A stretch of DNA of 32,000 nucleotides, taken from assembly GCF_000734015.1 (NCBI RefSeq), contig NZ_CP008796.1:780001-812000 (forward strand). Reading direction: 5' to 3'. Both the position numbers and the translations under genes were made by a program. This DNA comes from Thermodesulfobacterium commune DSM 2178 (GTDB taxonomy: Bacteria > Desulfobacterota > Thermodesulfobacteria > Thermodesulfobacteriales > Thermodesulfobacteriaceae). Of the stretch, positions 25,599 through 32,000 are shown piece after piece. The notes under the pieces were generated by a model. The model saw only the letters and a list, made by a program, of their open reading frames with translations, searched no databases and had not been told where the DNA came from. Each line of letters starts with the position of its first letter. Positions within the stretch are counted from its first letter, which is position 1.

Positions 25599-26530
25599 AA
25601 CCTTGCCCTGCGATCATCAAGACGCTTAAGCCCATACTTTTTTGCCCAACCTAAGGCTCTTTTCCATTCCTCTTGGGTAATCTTTCTATCAAGGGGAGGA
25701 TATTTCCAGGCATCTCCACAAGGTCTGTACTGATCCATAAGGTTAAAGTAGGTATCCTTTGAAACCTCTTCAGCGATAAACTTAATCACCTCTTCTGTCT
25801 GAGAAAGGTCTTCAGGTAAAACTAAATGTCTTACAATCAAACCTCTTTTGGCTATACCCCCTTCTATCACCAAATCTCCCACCTGTCTATGCATCTCTTT
25901 TACAGCTTCCCTTACCACAGAAGAGTAGTTTTTTACTTTAGAAAGTTTTAAAGCAATTTTATCATCCATATATTTGATATCAGGCATGTAAATATCTACT
26001 ATGTCTTCCAATAATCTTAAAGTTTCTAAAGATTCATAACCTCCGCAGTTATAAACAATCGGAAGCCTTAGCCCCATTTCTGCTGCTAACTTTATAGCCT
26101 TTACAATGAAAGGAACTTGATGGGTAGGAGTAACTAAGTTGATGTTATGACAGCCCCAGACCTGAAGGATAATCATGATCCTTGCTAAATCCTCTACTTC
26201 TAATAAGTCCCCTTCTCCTAAATGACTGATTTCCCAGTTCTGGCAATAAACACAAGCCATATTGCAGTAAGTAAAAAAGATAGCTCCAGAACCGTTTTCC
26301 CCTACCAGAGGTCTTTCTTCTCCAAAATGAGGGCCATAACTTGAAATCATAGGCTTATGTAAAACCTTGCAAAAACCTCTTTCCCCCTTGAGCCTGTTAA
26401 CCCCACACCGATTGGGACAAAGGTCACAACTTTCAAGCTTGGCATAAAGAATTTCTATCCTTTTATCTATCTCTCCGGTTTCCATCAGTTTAAGATAAGA
26501 GGGATAGGCACTCATAACAACTCTAACCAA
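25586..26530 (-). CDS. radical SAM protein, PflX-like (COG1313-type pyruvate formate-lyase-activase homologue)
   Basis: Radical SAM triad CNMACVYCQN, preceded by a Cys-rich N-terminal segment CDLCPNRCGVNRLKGERGFCK typical of the PflX group. No glycyl-radical enzyme gene in the window. Confidence 0.8.
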   Translation of the reverse strand: MVRVVMSAYPSYLKLMETGEIDKRIEILYAKLESCDLCPNRCGVNRLKGERGFCKVLHKPMISSYGPHFGEERPLVGENGSGAIFFTYCNMACVYCQNWEISHLGEGDLLEVEDLARIMIILQVWGCHNINLVTPTHQVPFIVKAIKLAAEMGLRLPIVYNCGGYESLETLRLLEDIVDIYMPDIKYMDDKIALKLSKVKNYSSVVREAVKEMHRQVGDLVIEGGIAKRGLIVRHLVLPEDLSQTEEVIKFIAEEVSKDTYFNLMDQYRPCGDAWKYPPLDRKITQEEWKRALGWAKKYGLKRLDDRRARFWDL

Positions 26531-27579
26531 TGCTTTATCTGAGGAGGTGAGCTTAATACCATGTTAAAATTAAGAAAACAACCGGCACAAAATGTGGCAA
26601 CAACCTTTACCTTTACTAAGTTTTGAATCCAAACCCGTTTATATTTCTCCGGAAAACCTTCCCAATAAAGAGAAATCTTTGGAGAACCACAACAAAACTC
26701 ACTTACCTTTATTTTATTTTTTACCAAAGAAAACTCTTCTGTCAAGTGGCAAGGAAGATGAAAAAGAACAGAACTATCCTTTGACCTATCAGCTAAAACT
26801 TTTAACTCCTCTTCTCCAAACAAAGAAAGGGCTTTATAGGCAAAAATTCCCCTTTTAGCTAAATCTAAAAAATCCTTTTCATAAGAGGTGCCTTCGAAAA
26901 ACTTAGGATAAACCTTTTTAAACATCCAGAGACAGGTAGCACAGAAAAAAACCACAGGAGCCTCTACTTCTTGCAAAACCTTAAGGTTTTTTAATGCCCT
27001 TTGTTTTACCAAAGAGGGGAACCCTAAGCTTAAAAAATGCGCCCCGCAACATTCAGAGTCCTCAACTACCCAAACGTTTATTCCTTTCTTCTTTAGCAAA
27101 CTTAAAAATTTTTCTAAAACCTGAGGATAAAGATGTTTTAAGTCACAAGAAAAATAAACCAACAAATCTGGTTTTCCCTGATTTTCTTTAAAAGAATAGA
27201 TCTTTTTAGGGTTAACTTTACCTTTTTCTGGTAATATCTTGTCAAACCTGTCTAAAAACCGAAGTTTAGATAGGATTTGTAGGGGATGACCCCCTATAAG
27301 GTCAGAGGCTTCTTTCAAAATTATGGGTTCTTTTTTATCCTTTATAATTTCAAGGCCTGACTCTACAAACCCAACCCTGTTGGGGCACACCCTTTCACAT
27401 TTTCCACAAAACAAACAAGCCTCAAGGGACTGATGATATATTCCTCTTTGAAAAAAAAATAACCTACCTCGTGGGGAATAAGTCTCAGACCTAAAAACCC
27501 TGTAGGTTGGGCAATGAGGAACACATTTGCCACAACGAGTGCAGAGGTTAGCGTTGATGTTTTTTACGGTAGAGGTCAT
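26512..27579 (-). CDS. (Fe-S)-binding protein with two ferredoxin-type 4Fe-4S motifs and two CCG domains (GlcF/GlpC/HdrD-like)
   Basis: CTRCGKCVPHCPTY...SPRGR and CLFCGKCERVCPN, then two cysteine-rich CCG-type domains (SECCGAHF...FCATC and FCCGSP...FCAGC). Confidence 0.8.
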   Translation of the reverse strand: MTSTVKNINANLCTRCGKCVPHCPTYRVFRSETYSPRGRLFFFQRGIYHQSLEACLFCGKCERVCPNRVGFVESGLEIIKDKKEPIILKEASDLIGGHPLQILSKLRFLDRFDKILPEKGKVNPKKIYSFKENQGKPDLLVYFSCDLKHLYPQVLEKFLSLLKKKGINVWVVEDSECCGAHFLSLGFPSLVKQRALKNLKVLQEVEAPVVFFCATCLWMFKKVYPKFFEGTSYEKDFLDLAKRGIFAYKALSLFGEEELKVLADRSKDSSVLFHLPCHLTEEFSLVKNKIKVSEFCCGSPKISLYWEGFPEKYKRVWIQNLVKVKVVATFCAGCFLNFNMVLSSPPQIKHWLELL

Positions 27580-28147
27580 TGTTTTTTATCAAAAAATCAT
27601 ACCACCAGCTACACCAATCAGTTTCTAAAATACTTTCAACCAGGGTTTTAGCAACCTCGGTGATTAACTTTGGCTTGGCATAATCGATCCATTTTTGAGC
27701 ATAAGGGTTATTGAGGTCCTTTTGTTCTTTAAGCTGTATGATAAGGTCGATTACGTCTGCGTCATGAACCAGTCTTGCCTCTAAAGAGTTTAGGCTTCTA
27801 TACTCCTTCCATAGCTCAAGAACTTCCTCACTTAAGGGTATACCCTGAAAGGCGTCTTCAAGAGCCTTTTTTTCGTCAGTTTGGTTGTAAAGCTTGTTTA
27901 AAGCATTAAAATCTCCAGTCCTTGTCTCTGGAAGGTCATGTATTAAGGCTATCTTGAAAAGCTTTTCTTTATCTACTTTTTCTTTTACAAGCTCTGAAAG
28001 TATCCAAGAAATAAAAGCAACTCCAAAGGAATGAGAGGCTACATTTTCATGCCCTGTACCAAGATAGGGATATCCTGTCCTTTCTACTCTCTTTAGAAAA
28101 GCTACCTCAAAAAGAAGATTAGCATATCGATTATAAAAGTCCTTCAT
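27548..28147 (-). CDS. HD-domain phosphohydrolase (YfbR-like 5'-nucleotidase type)
   Basis: VERTGYPYLGTGHENVASHSFGVAF...IHDLPETRTGD...HDAD gives the H..HD..D metal-binding pattern of the YfbR/HD_3-like group. Confidence 0.8.
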   Translation of the reverse strand: MKDFYNRYANLLFEVAFLKRVERTGYPYLGTGHENVASHSFGVAFISWILSELVKEKVDKEKLFKIALIHDLPETRTGDFNALNKLYNQTDEKKALEDAFQGIPLSEEVLELWKEYRSLNSLEARLVHDADVIDLIIQLKEQKDLNNPYAQKWIDYAKPKLITEVAKTLVESILETDWCSWWYDFLIKNNDLYRKKHQR

Positions 28148-28997
28148 TTTTAGCGGCCAGATATACAGCTACCTTAAAAATAAGTTTAGCTGCCAAGAAC
28201 TCTGTAACAGGATTCCCAGGGTCTGGCTTTACCTCAACCAAATCCATACCTATCAACCGATGCTTTACCAGGATTTTAAGTATGTTTAACGCTTCCCACC
28301 AATCAATCCCTCCTGGTTCAGGAGTTCCAACCCCAGGGGCTACCGCAGGGTCAAACACATCCATATCAAAACTAAGGAAAATATAACCATCTTTGAGAAA
28401 ACTTTCTATCTTTTTAAGGCATTCTTTAAGATCAACCTTTAAATCTTTAGCCCAAATGACAGGATAGTTTTCCTGTTTTATAAACTCATACTCTTCTTTA
28501 CACAGAGTACGAATTCCTATGCTTAAAACAGGAACACCAAGTTCATAAATCCTTCTCATAACTGTAGCATGGGTGATTGAACTATGGTTATACCGGTCTC
28601 TAAGGTCTAAATGAGCGTCAAGATGAACCACCTTTAACCTAGGAAAAAACTTTTTTAAAACCCTTATACTTCCTAAAGTAACCGTATGTTCTCCTCCGAT
28701 AACTAGCGGGAATCTGTTTAAACTAAGAGTTTCCTCTACTTTTTGAGATATCTCTTTTAGCGATTCTTCAGGGTCAAAGGATAACTCCTCTACCGGATAG
28801 GTAAAAAACCCCATCTTTTCTGAAGGGTCTAAGAAATATTCTTCGTCAAAAAACTCCATGTTAGGACTTACTTTAAGGATTTCTAAGGGAGCTTCTTTTG
28901 TGCCCTTTTTCCAAGAGGTAGAATACTCAAGAGGAGCTGGGATAAGGGCTACCTTGGCCTGAGGATGGTCAGGTAGCCCTAAAAAAGAAATTTTCAT
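28131..28997 (-). CDS. speB: agmatinase / ureohydrolase family (agmatine or N1-aminopropylagmatine ureohydrolase)
   Basis: Arginase-fold Mn-binding motifs GGEHTVTLG, HLDAHLDLRD, and SFDMDVFDPAVAPGVGTPEPGG. Confidence 0.88.
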   Translation of the reverse strand: MKISFLGLPDHPQAKVALIPAPLEYSTSWKKGTKEAPLEILKVSPNMEFFDEEYFLDPSEKMGFFTYPVEELSFDPEESLKEISQKVEETLSLNRFPLVIGGEHTVTLGSIRVLKKFFPRLKVVHLDAHLDLRDRYNHSSITHATVMRRIYELGVPVLSIGIRTLCKEEYEFIKQENYPVIWAKDLKVDLKECLKKIESFLKDGYIFLSFDMDVFDPAVAPGVGTPEPGGIDWWEALNILKILVKHRLIGMDLVEVKPDPGNPVTEFLAAKLIFKVAVYLAAKNEGLL

Positions 28998-29001
28998 AAA
29001 C

Positions 29002-29448
29002 CTATATTATAAGGTCCTTTCTTTCCATCTTGATAAACTTTTCTACTGCCCTGATAGAACGCGGGAACTCAAGACCTCTGTCAAAAAACTTTATCTCGCT
29101 CTTTTGGATTTCAAAAATTCGGGTAACGTCACTGATAACCTTGTCAGCATCAAAAGGTTTACAGGAAAATACATCGATGCTGAGGTAAAGCTTCTCTGGG
29201 AAGGTATGGATGCTTATATGGCTTTCTGCGATGATAACAAACCCAGAAATACCCCAGTCCTCAGGCACAGGAGCATAATATTTAAACACATAGGGAGGCA
29301 TAATCTTGGTCATTTCTATCTCTTCAGGATATTTACTAAGAAAATTATATATAAAATCTAAATCCATAAGCTTTTCTCTGTTAGCACCATAACCATCTAT
29401 CACCAAATGCTGACCAAAACCATACTCAAACTTTTCCATCTCTTTCAT
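29002..29448 (-). CDS. speH: pyruvoyl-dependent decarboxylase of the small (class 1) AdoMetDC fold
   Basis: Self-processing site [17 protein letters not shown] (cleavage expected at E-S) plus SIDVFSC. Strong SD (AGGGGGG) before ATG. Substrate (AdoMet versus arginine) is not decidable by eye. Confidence 0.85.
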   Translation of the reverse strand: MKEMEKFEYGFGQHLVIDGYGANREKLMDLDFIYNFLSKYPEEIEMTKIMPPYVFKYYAPVPEDWGISGFVIIAESHISIHTFPEKLYLSIDVFSCKPFDADKVISDVTRIFEIQKSEIKFFDRGLEFPRSIRAVEKFIKMERKDLII

Positions 29449-29497
29449 CTTTATATCCCCCCTAACCTAAGTTAGATTAAACCTCAAGTCGGCTTTT

Positions 29498-29525
29498 AAA
29501 ATATATCAGAAAAAAAATTTGTCAA
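29498..29525 (-). promoter_or_regulatory. candidate sigma70-type promoter for the speH-led gene array
   Basis: The minus strand reads TTGACA (29520-29525), a 16-nt spacer, then TATTTT (29498-29503), about 50 nt upstream of the speH ATG. A small hairpin CTAAC-TTAG-GTTAG lies just before the SD. Confidence 0.3.
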
Positions 29526-29638
29526 GATTTTTCCTGTAAAATTTTGAAAAATTTTTAATTATCTAATAATAACCTGATTAAAACCCTAAAAGCTTTAAAT
29601 TTTTTTGTTTATTCTTTATTTTTTGGTAAAATTTGTCG

Positions 29639-29667
29639 TTGACTTATTAAACTTTAATTTTTATAAT
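29639..29667 (+). promoter_or_regulatory. near-consensus sigma70 promoter for the M48 peptidase / TauE genes
   Basis: TTGACT (29639-29644), exactly 17 nt of spacer, then TATAAT (29662-29667). About 80 nt upstream of the ATG at 29748, with A/T tracts upstream (UP-element-like). Confidence 0.55.
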
Positions 29668-29747
29668 ATGTTTATAAATAATTACCTTTTTGAGTTGTGC
29701 CTTGGTTCGAAATTTTTTGAGAGGTTTTAATTTTAAATCAATTTTTT

Positions 29748-31037
29748 ATGATTAAAAGTACAAAAGACATTTTTTTAAAAAAATTTTTAACAACCATTTA
29801 CCTGTTTTTGGTGCTTTTTGTTTCTGGTTGTGCCAACTCTAACGGACCTTTTTTAAACTTAATTCCTGAAGAAAAAGAGATAGAATTAGGGAACCTATAT
29901 GTCTATCCTGCTATAGATGAATATGATGGGCTTTATCCTGAGAAAATGGTGCAAGAGTATGTATCAGGCTTAGGACAAAGGCTTGCCAGGTTTTCTGAAA
30001 GAAAGCTCCCTTATAAATTCTATGTAGTAAACTCTGACGTGGTAAATGCCTTTGCTCTACCAGGAGGTCCGGTGATAGTTACCAGAGGTCTACTTTTAAC
30101 CTTAGACAAAGAAAGTCAGCTTGCTGGGGTTTTAGCCCACGAAATAGGACATATAACCGCTAAACATCATGTAAAAATGTTAGAAAAACAGCTGGCCCTA
30201 AACTTTCTTCTTCAAATAGGAAGCCTGTTAGTCCCACAAGACCTTACAGGAGAAATTTTGTTAAAATTAGGGGCTGTGTCTGCTTCACTACTCCAGCTTA
30301 AGTTTAGTAGAGATCAAGAAAAAGAGGCAGACTACTATGGTTTTCTCTTTGCCTATAAAGCAGGATATTCTCCGCAAGGCATGATAGAGGTCTTTGAAAA
30401 GTTTAAACAGATGGAAAAAGAACGACCTCCTGAATGGCTTTCTACCCACCCCTTACCTGAAACGAGAATTAAAGAAGCTCAAAACTATATCAACACCTTT
30501 AAACCCTCTGGTGCCTTTATCTCTGACACCGAAAAATTTCAAAAAATAAAAAACTTGTTGGTTACCACTAAACCTTCTTACCAACAAGTATCCAAAGGTA
30601 AGGCTGAGTATAAGAAAAAGAACTTCGATGCAGCAGAAGCTTATTTTAAAGAAGCCTTAAGTTTATATCCTCAAAACACTGTGGCCTTGGTTTACTTAGC
30701 TTCTATTAGGTTAGAAAAGAAAGATTTTGAGGGTGCAAAAACCTATGCCATAAAAGCTGTAGAAATAGACCCTAACTTTTTCTCAGCTCAGCTAATCGCA
30801 GGTATTTCCTGCTTCAAGATAGGAGAATTAAGTAATTCCCTTGTTTACTTAGAAAAGGCCTCACAGCTTATTCCTTTTAACGGGATTTCTTATTATTATA
30901 AAGGTAGAGTTTATGAAACTCAAAAACAATTCTCTTTAGCCTTAAAAAACTATCAAAAAGCCTTAGAATTAGGCCCAAAACAAGCCTCTTGGTATTCTGA
31001 CTGTAAAGCACGATATGAACGATTGAGACTACATTAA
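29748..31037 (+). CDS. M48-family zinc metallopeptidase with C-terminal TPR repeats (BepA/YfgC-like), lipoprotein
   Basis: Lipobox LFVSGC. HEIGHITAKH (HExxH) with a downstream EADYYG glutamate ligand. The C-terminal ~150 aa are TPR-like (AEAYFKEALSLYPQN..., AKTYAIKAVEIDPNF..., ALKNYQKALELGP). Confidence 0.85.
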   Translation: MIKSTKDIFLKKFLTTIYLFLVLFVSGCANSNGPFLNLIPEEKEIELGNLYVYPAIDEYDGLYPEKMVQEYVSGLGQRLARFSERKLPYKFYVVNSDVVNAFALPGGPVIVTRGLLLTLDKESQLAGVLAHEIGHITAKHHVKMLEKQLALNFLLQIGSLLVPQDLTGEILLKLGAVSASLLQLKFSRDQEKEADYYGFLFAYKAGYSPQGMIEVFEKFKQMEKERPPEWLSTHPLPETRIKEAQNYINTFKPSGAFISDTEKFQKIKNLLVTTKPSYQQVSKGKAEYKKKNFDAAEAYFKEALSLYPQNTVALVYLASIRLEKKDFEGAKTYAIKAVEIDPNFFSAQLIAGISCFKIGELSNSLVYLEKASQLIPFNGISYYYKGRVYETQKQFSLALKNYQKALELGPKQASWYSDCKARYERLRLH

Positions 31038-31039
31038 GT

Positions 31040-31954
31040 ATGAAAAAAATGGATAATCTCTTAGACCTTTTATTAACCTCTTTACCTTGGGTTGTAACCT
31101 TTAAGACTTCAGGGGTAACCACCTCTCTTCTACTACCTCCTTTAGTTGCTTTTGTCATCTCTTTTCTCTGTGCCTCTGGAGGAATAAGCGGTGCTTTTTT
31201 ACTTTTACCTTTTCAGGTAAGTGTCCTTAGGTTTACCACTCCTGCGGTTAGTGCAACCAACCATCTTTTTAACGTGTTTGCCATTCCTTTTGGGGTCTAT
31301 AGGTACTGGAAAGAAAAACGTTTTTTCTATCCGTTAACCTTAATAATTGCTGTAGGCACCTTACCTGGTGTGATTATAGGATATTTTTTAAGAATAGGCT
31401 ATTTTCAGGAACTGTTAAGATTTAAGCTTTTGGTTGGAGCTGTACTTTTGGTAATAAGCTTAAAGCTTCTTTATGATATCATATTTCCTCCTAAAAAAGA
31501 TGCCTCTTTTTCTCCAGAACCTCCAAAACTTCTCCAGTTTAACTGGAAAACCTTAGCATTCATCTATGACCATAAAACCTACCAAGTAAGTTCTTTAGCT
31601 ATATCTCTGGTTGCTTTTTTTATAGGGATTATAGGTGGTATTTATGGGATAGGAGGAGGGGCGTTGATGGCCCCTATCTTGCTTGGGTTTTTTCACCTAC
31701 CTCCTTACGTGTTTGCTGGGGCCACTCTTTTTGGAACTTGTTTAACCTCAGTCGTGGGAGTATTGGTTTTTACCTTTGGAGGGAATCCACCAGACTGGGC
31801 GCTTGGAGCTCTTTTAGGTTTAGGAGGAGCAGCTGGACTATATTTAGGAGCTAAAGCTCAAAAAAGAATGCCTCAAAAGCTTATAAGGGTTATCATAACA
31901 GCGTTGGTGCTTTTTATAAGCTTAAGATACCTCTATTCTTACTTTATGCGGTAA
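31040..31954 (+). CDS. TauE/SafE-family anion (sulfite/organosulfonate) exporter-like permease
   Basis: 304 aa, about 8 TM helices, with an internal duplication marked by glycine-rich motifs (CASGGISGAFLLLP and GGIYGIGGGALMAPILL) typical of the TauE/SafE (DUF81) family. Confidence 0.75.
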   Translation: MKKMDNLLDLLLTSLPWVVTFKTSGVTTSLLLPPLVAFVISFLCASGGISGAFLLLPFQVSVLRFTTPAVSATNHLFNVFAIPFGVYRYWKEKRFFYPLTLIIAVGTLPGVIIGYFLRIGYFQELLRFKLLVGAVLLVISLKLLYDIIFPPKKDASFSPEPPKLLQFNWKTLAFIYDHKTYQVSSLAISLVAFFIGIIGGIYGIGGGALMAPILLGFFHLPPYVFAGATLFGTCLTSVVGVLVFTFGGNPPDWALGALLGLGGAAGLYLGAKAQKRMPQKLIRVIITALVLFISLRYLYSYFMR

Positions 31955-32000
31955 AAACATCGTCATAAAAAAGTTTTAACCTAACCTTTTTTAATTCCTT

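Noticed and set aside
25586-26530. Radical SAM gene as a viperin-like or other antiviral/defence enzyme, with the adjacent HD and phosphoesterase genes as defence effectors.
   Set aside because: The N-terminal CxxCxxxC...C segment and overall pattern fit the PflX (PFL-activase-like) group rather than viperin. The neighbours are housekeeping genes, and there is no hallmark defence partner such as a nuclease, TIR, Sir2, STAND ATPase or kinase.
29449-29747. The 299-bp gap as a riboswitch, sRNA or origin of replication. It also contains a 20-codon mini-ORF starting at 29668 (MFINNYLFELCLGSKFFERF).
   Set aside because: There is no conserved riboswitch core and no stable GC-rich helices beyond a 5-bp hairpin. 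I recognise no repeated DnaA-box-like motif. The mini-ORF's ATG abuts the -10 hexamer, so it would lie upstream of the predicted transcription start, and it lacks an SD. I kept the region as a promoter region only.
942-31158. About two dozen 60-95-aa ORFs in the track lie antisense to or inside larger genes: 942-1220+, 4469-4705+, 7198-7380-, 7418-7654-, 7697-7954-, 8514-8723-, 8788-9042-, 8930-9142-, 9226-9489-, 10610-10885-, 12227-12502-, 12632-12904-, 16189-16410+, 18375-18662+, 20536-20727+, 21402-21617+, 21925-22122+, 24572-24856+, 25088-25282+, 26592-26858+, 26994-27191+, 29104-29361+, 30877-31158-.
   Set aside because: Each is fully or largely embedded in a longer ORF on the opposite strand that has clear family motifs. 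Their translations are S/L/F/K-rich low-information sequences typical of shadow frames in AT-rich DNA. None has a convincing SD or recognisable motif.
1-32000. Search for rRNA, tRNA, tmRNA/RNase P/SRP RNA, CRISPR arrays, IS elements, integrases with attachment repeats, and phage or defence genes.
   Set aside because: Intergenic space is almost absent and the only long gap is far too AT-rich for a structured RNA in a thermophile. I saw no regularly spaced direct repeats, no transposase or Cas-like ORF, and no GC-rich cloverleaf-like islands. This was a by-eye scan only; tRNAscan, Infernal and a CRISPR finder would be decisive.

Overview
This is a gene-dense, low-GC chromosomal segment: about 40 CDS, roughly 97% coding by my count from the coordinates. 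The K/E/I/L-rich proteins, the large-P1 YidC, a BepA-like M48/TPR lipoprotein and several sulfur-related genes (DsrE-like, TauE/SafE, CCG-type Fe-S protein) suggest a thermophilic diderm bacterium, but the taxon cannot be fixed from sequence alone.

Layout:
- 1-4941: the fliS 3' end, two small coiled-coil ORFs, then a minus-strand c-di-GMP module (small protein, HDOD, pseudo-receiver-GGDDF) and a trpC-hisI-hisG operon.
- 5038-12989, plus strand: the conserved rpmH-rnpA-yidD-yidC-jag-mnmE cluster followed by thiD-gatC-gatA-parB. rpmH is missing from the ORF track and I called it by hand.
- 13006-29448, minus strand: an almost uninterrupted 19-gene array. In transcription order it runs speH-speB, HD hydrolase, GlcF-like Fe-S protein, PflX-type radical SAM, PPP phosphatase, a hypothetical, xerC/D, cca, a 58-nt gap, then CHASE4-PAS-GGDEF, RCK K+ channel, lipoprotein, pgpA, cinA, thpR, psiE-like, an orphan family-5 SBP, gpsA and a DsrE-like protein.
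- 29449-29747: the only sizeable non-coding region, an AT-rich divergent promoter region.
- 29748-31954: an M48/TPR peptidase and a TauE/SafE permease.

I found no rRNA, tRNA, CRISPR array, transposase, phage gene or recognisable defence system. The window looks like core housekeeping genome, and I do not see a compelling undescribed system.

The best leads, all moderate:
- the translationally coupled HD / CCG-Fe-S / PflX radical-SAM / PPP-phosphatase module fused to the polyamine genes;
- the speH-like pyruvoyl enzyme sitting directly upstream of agmatinase;
- an RCK K+ channel with a TVGFRE selectivity filter, coupled by a TAATG overlap to a diguanylate cyclase;
- a fully degenerate receiver-GGDDF protein paired with HDOD next to flagellar genes.
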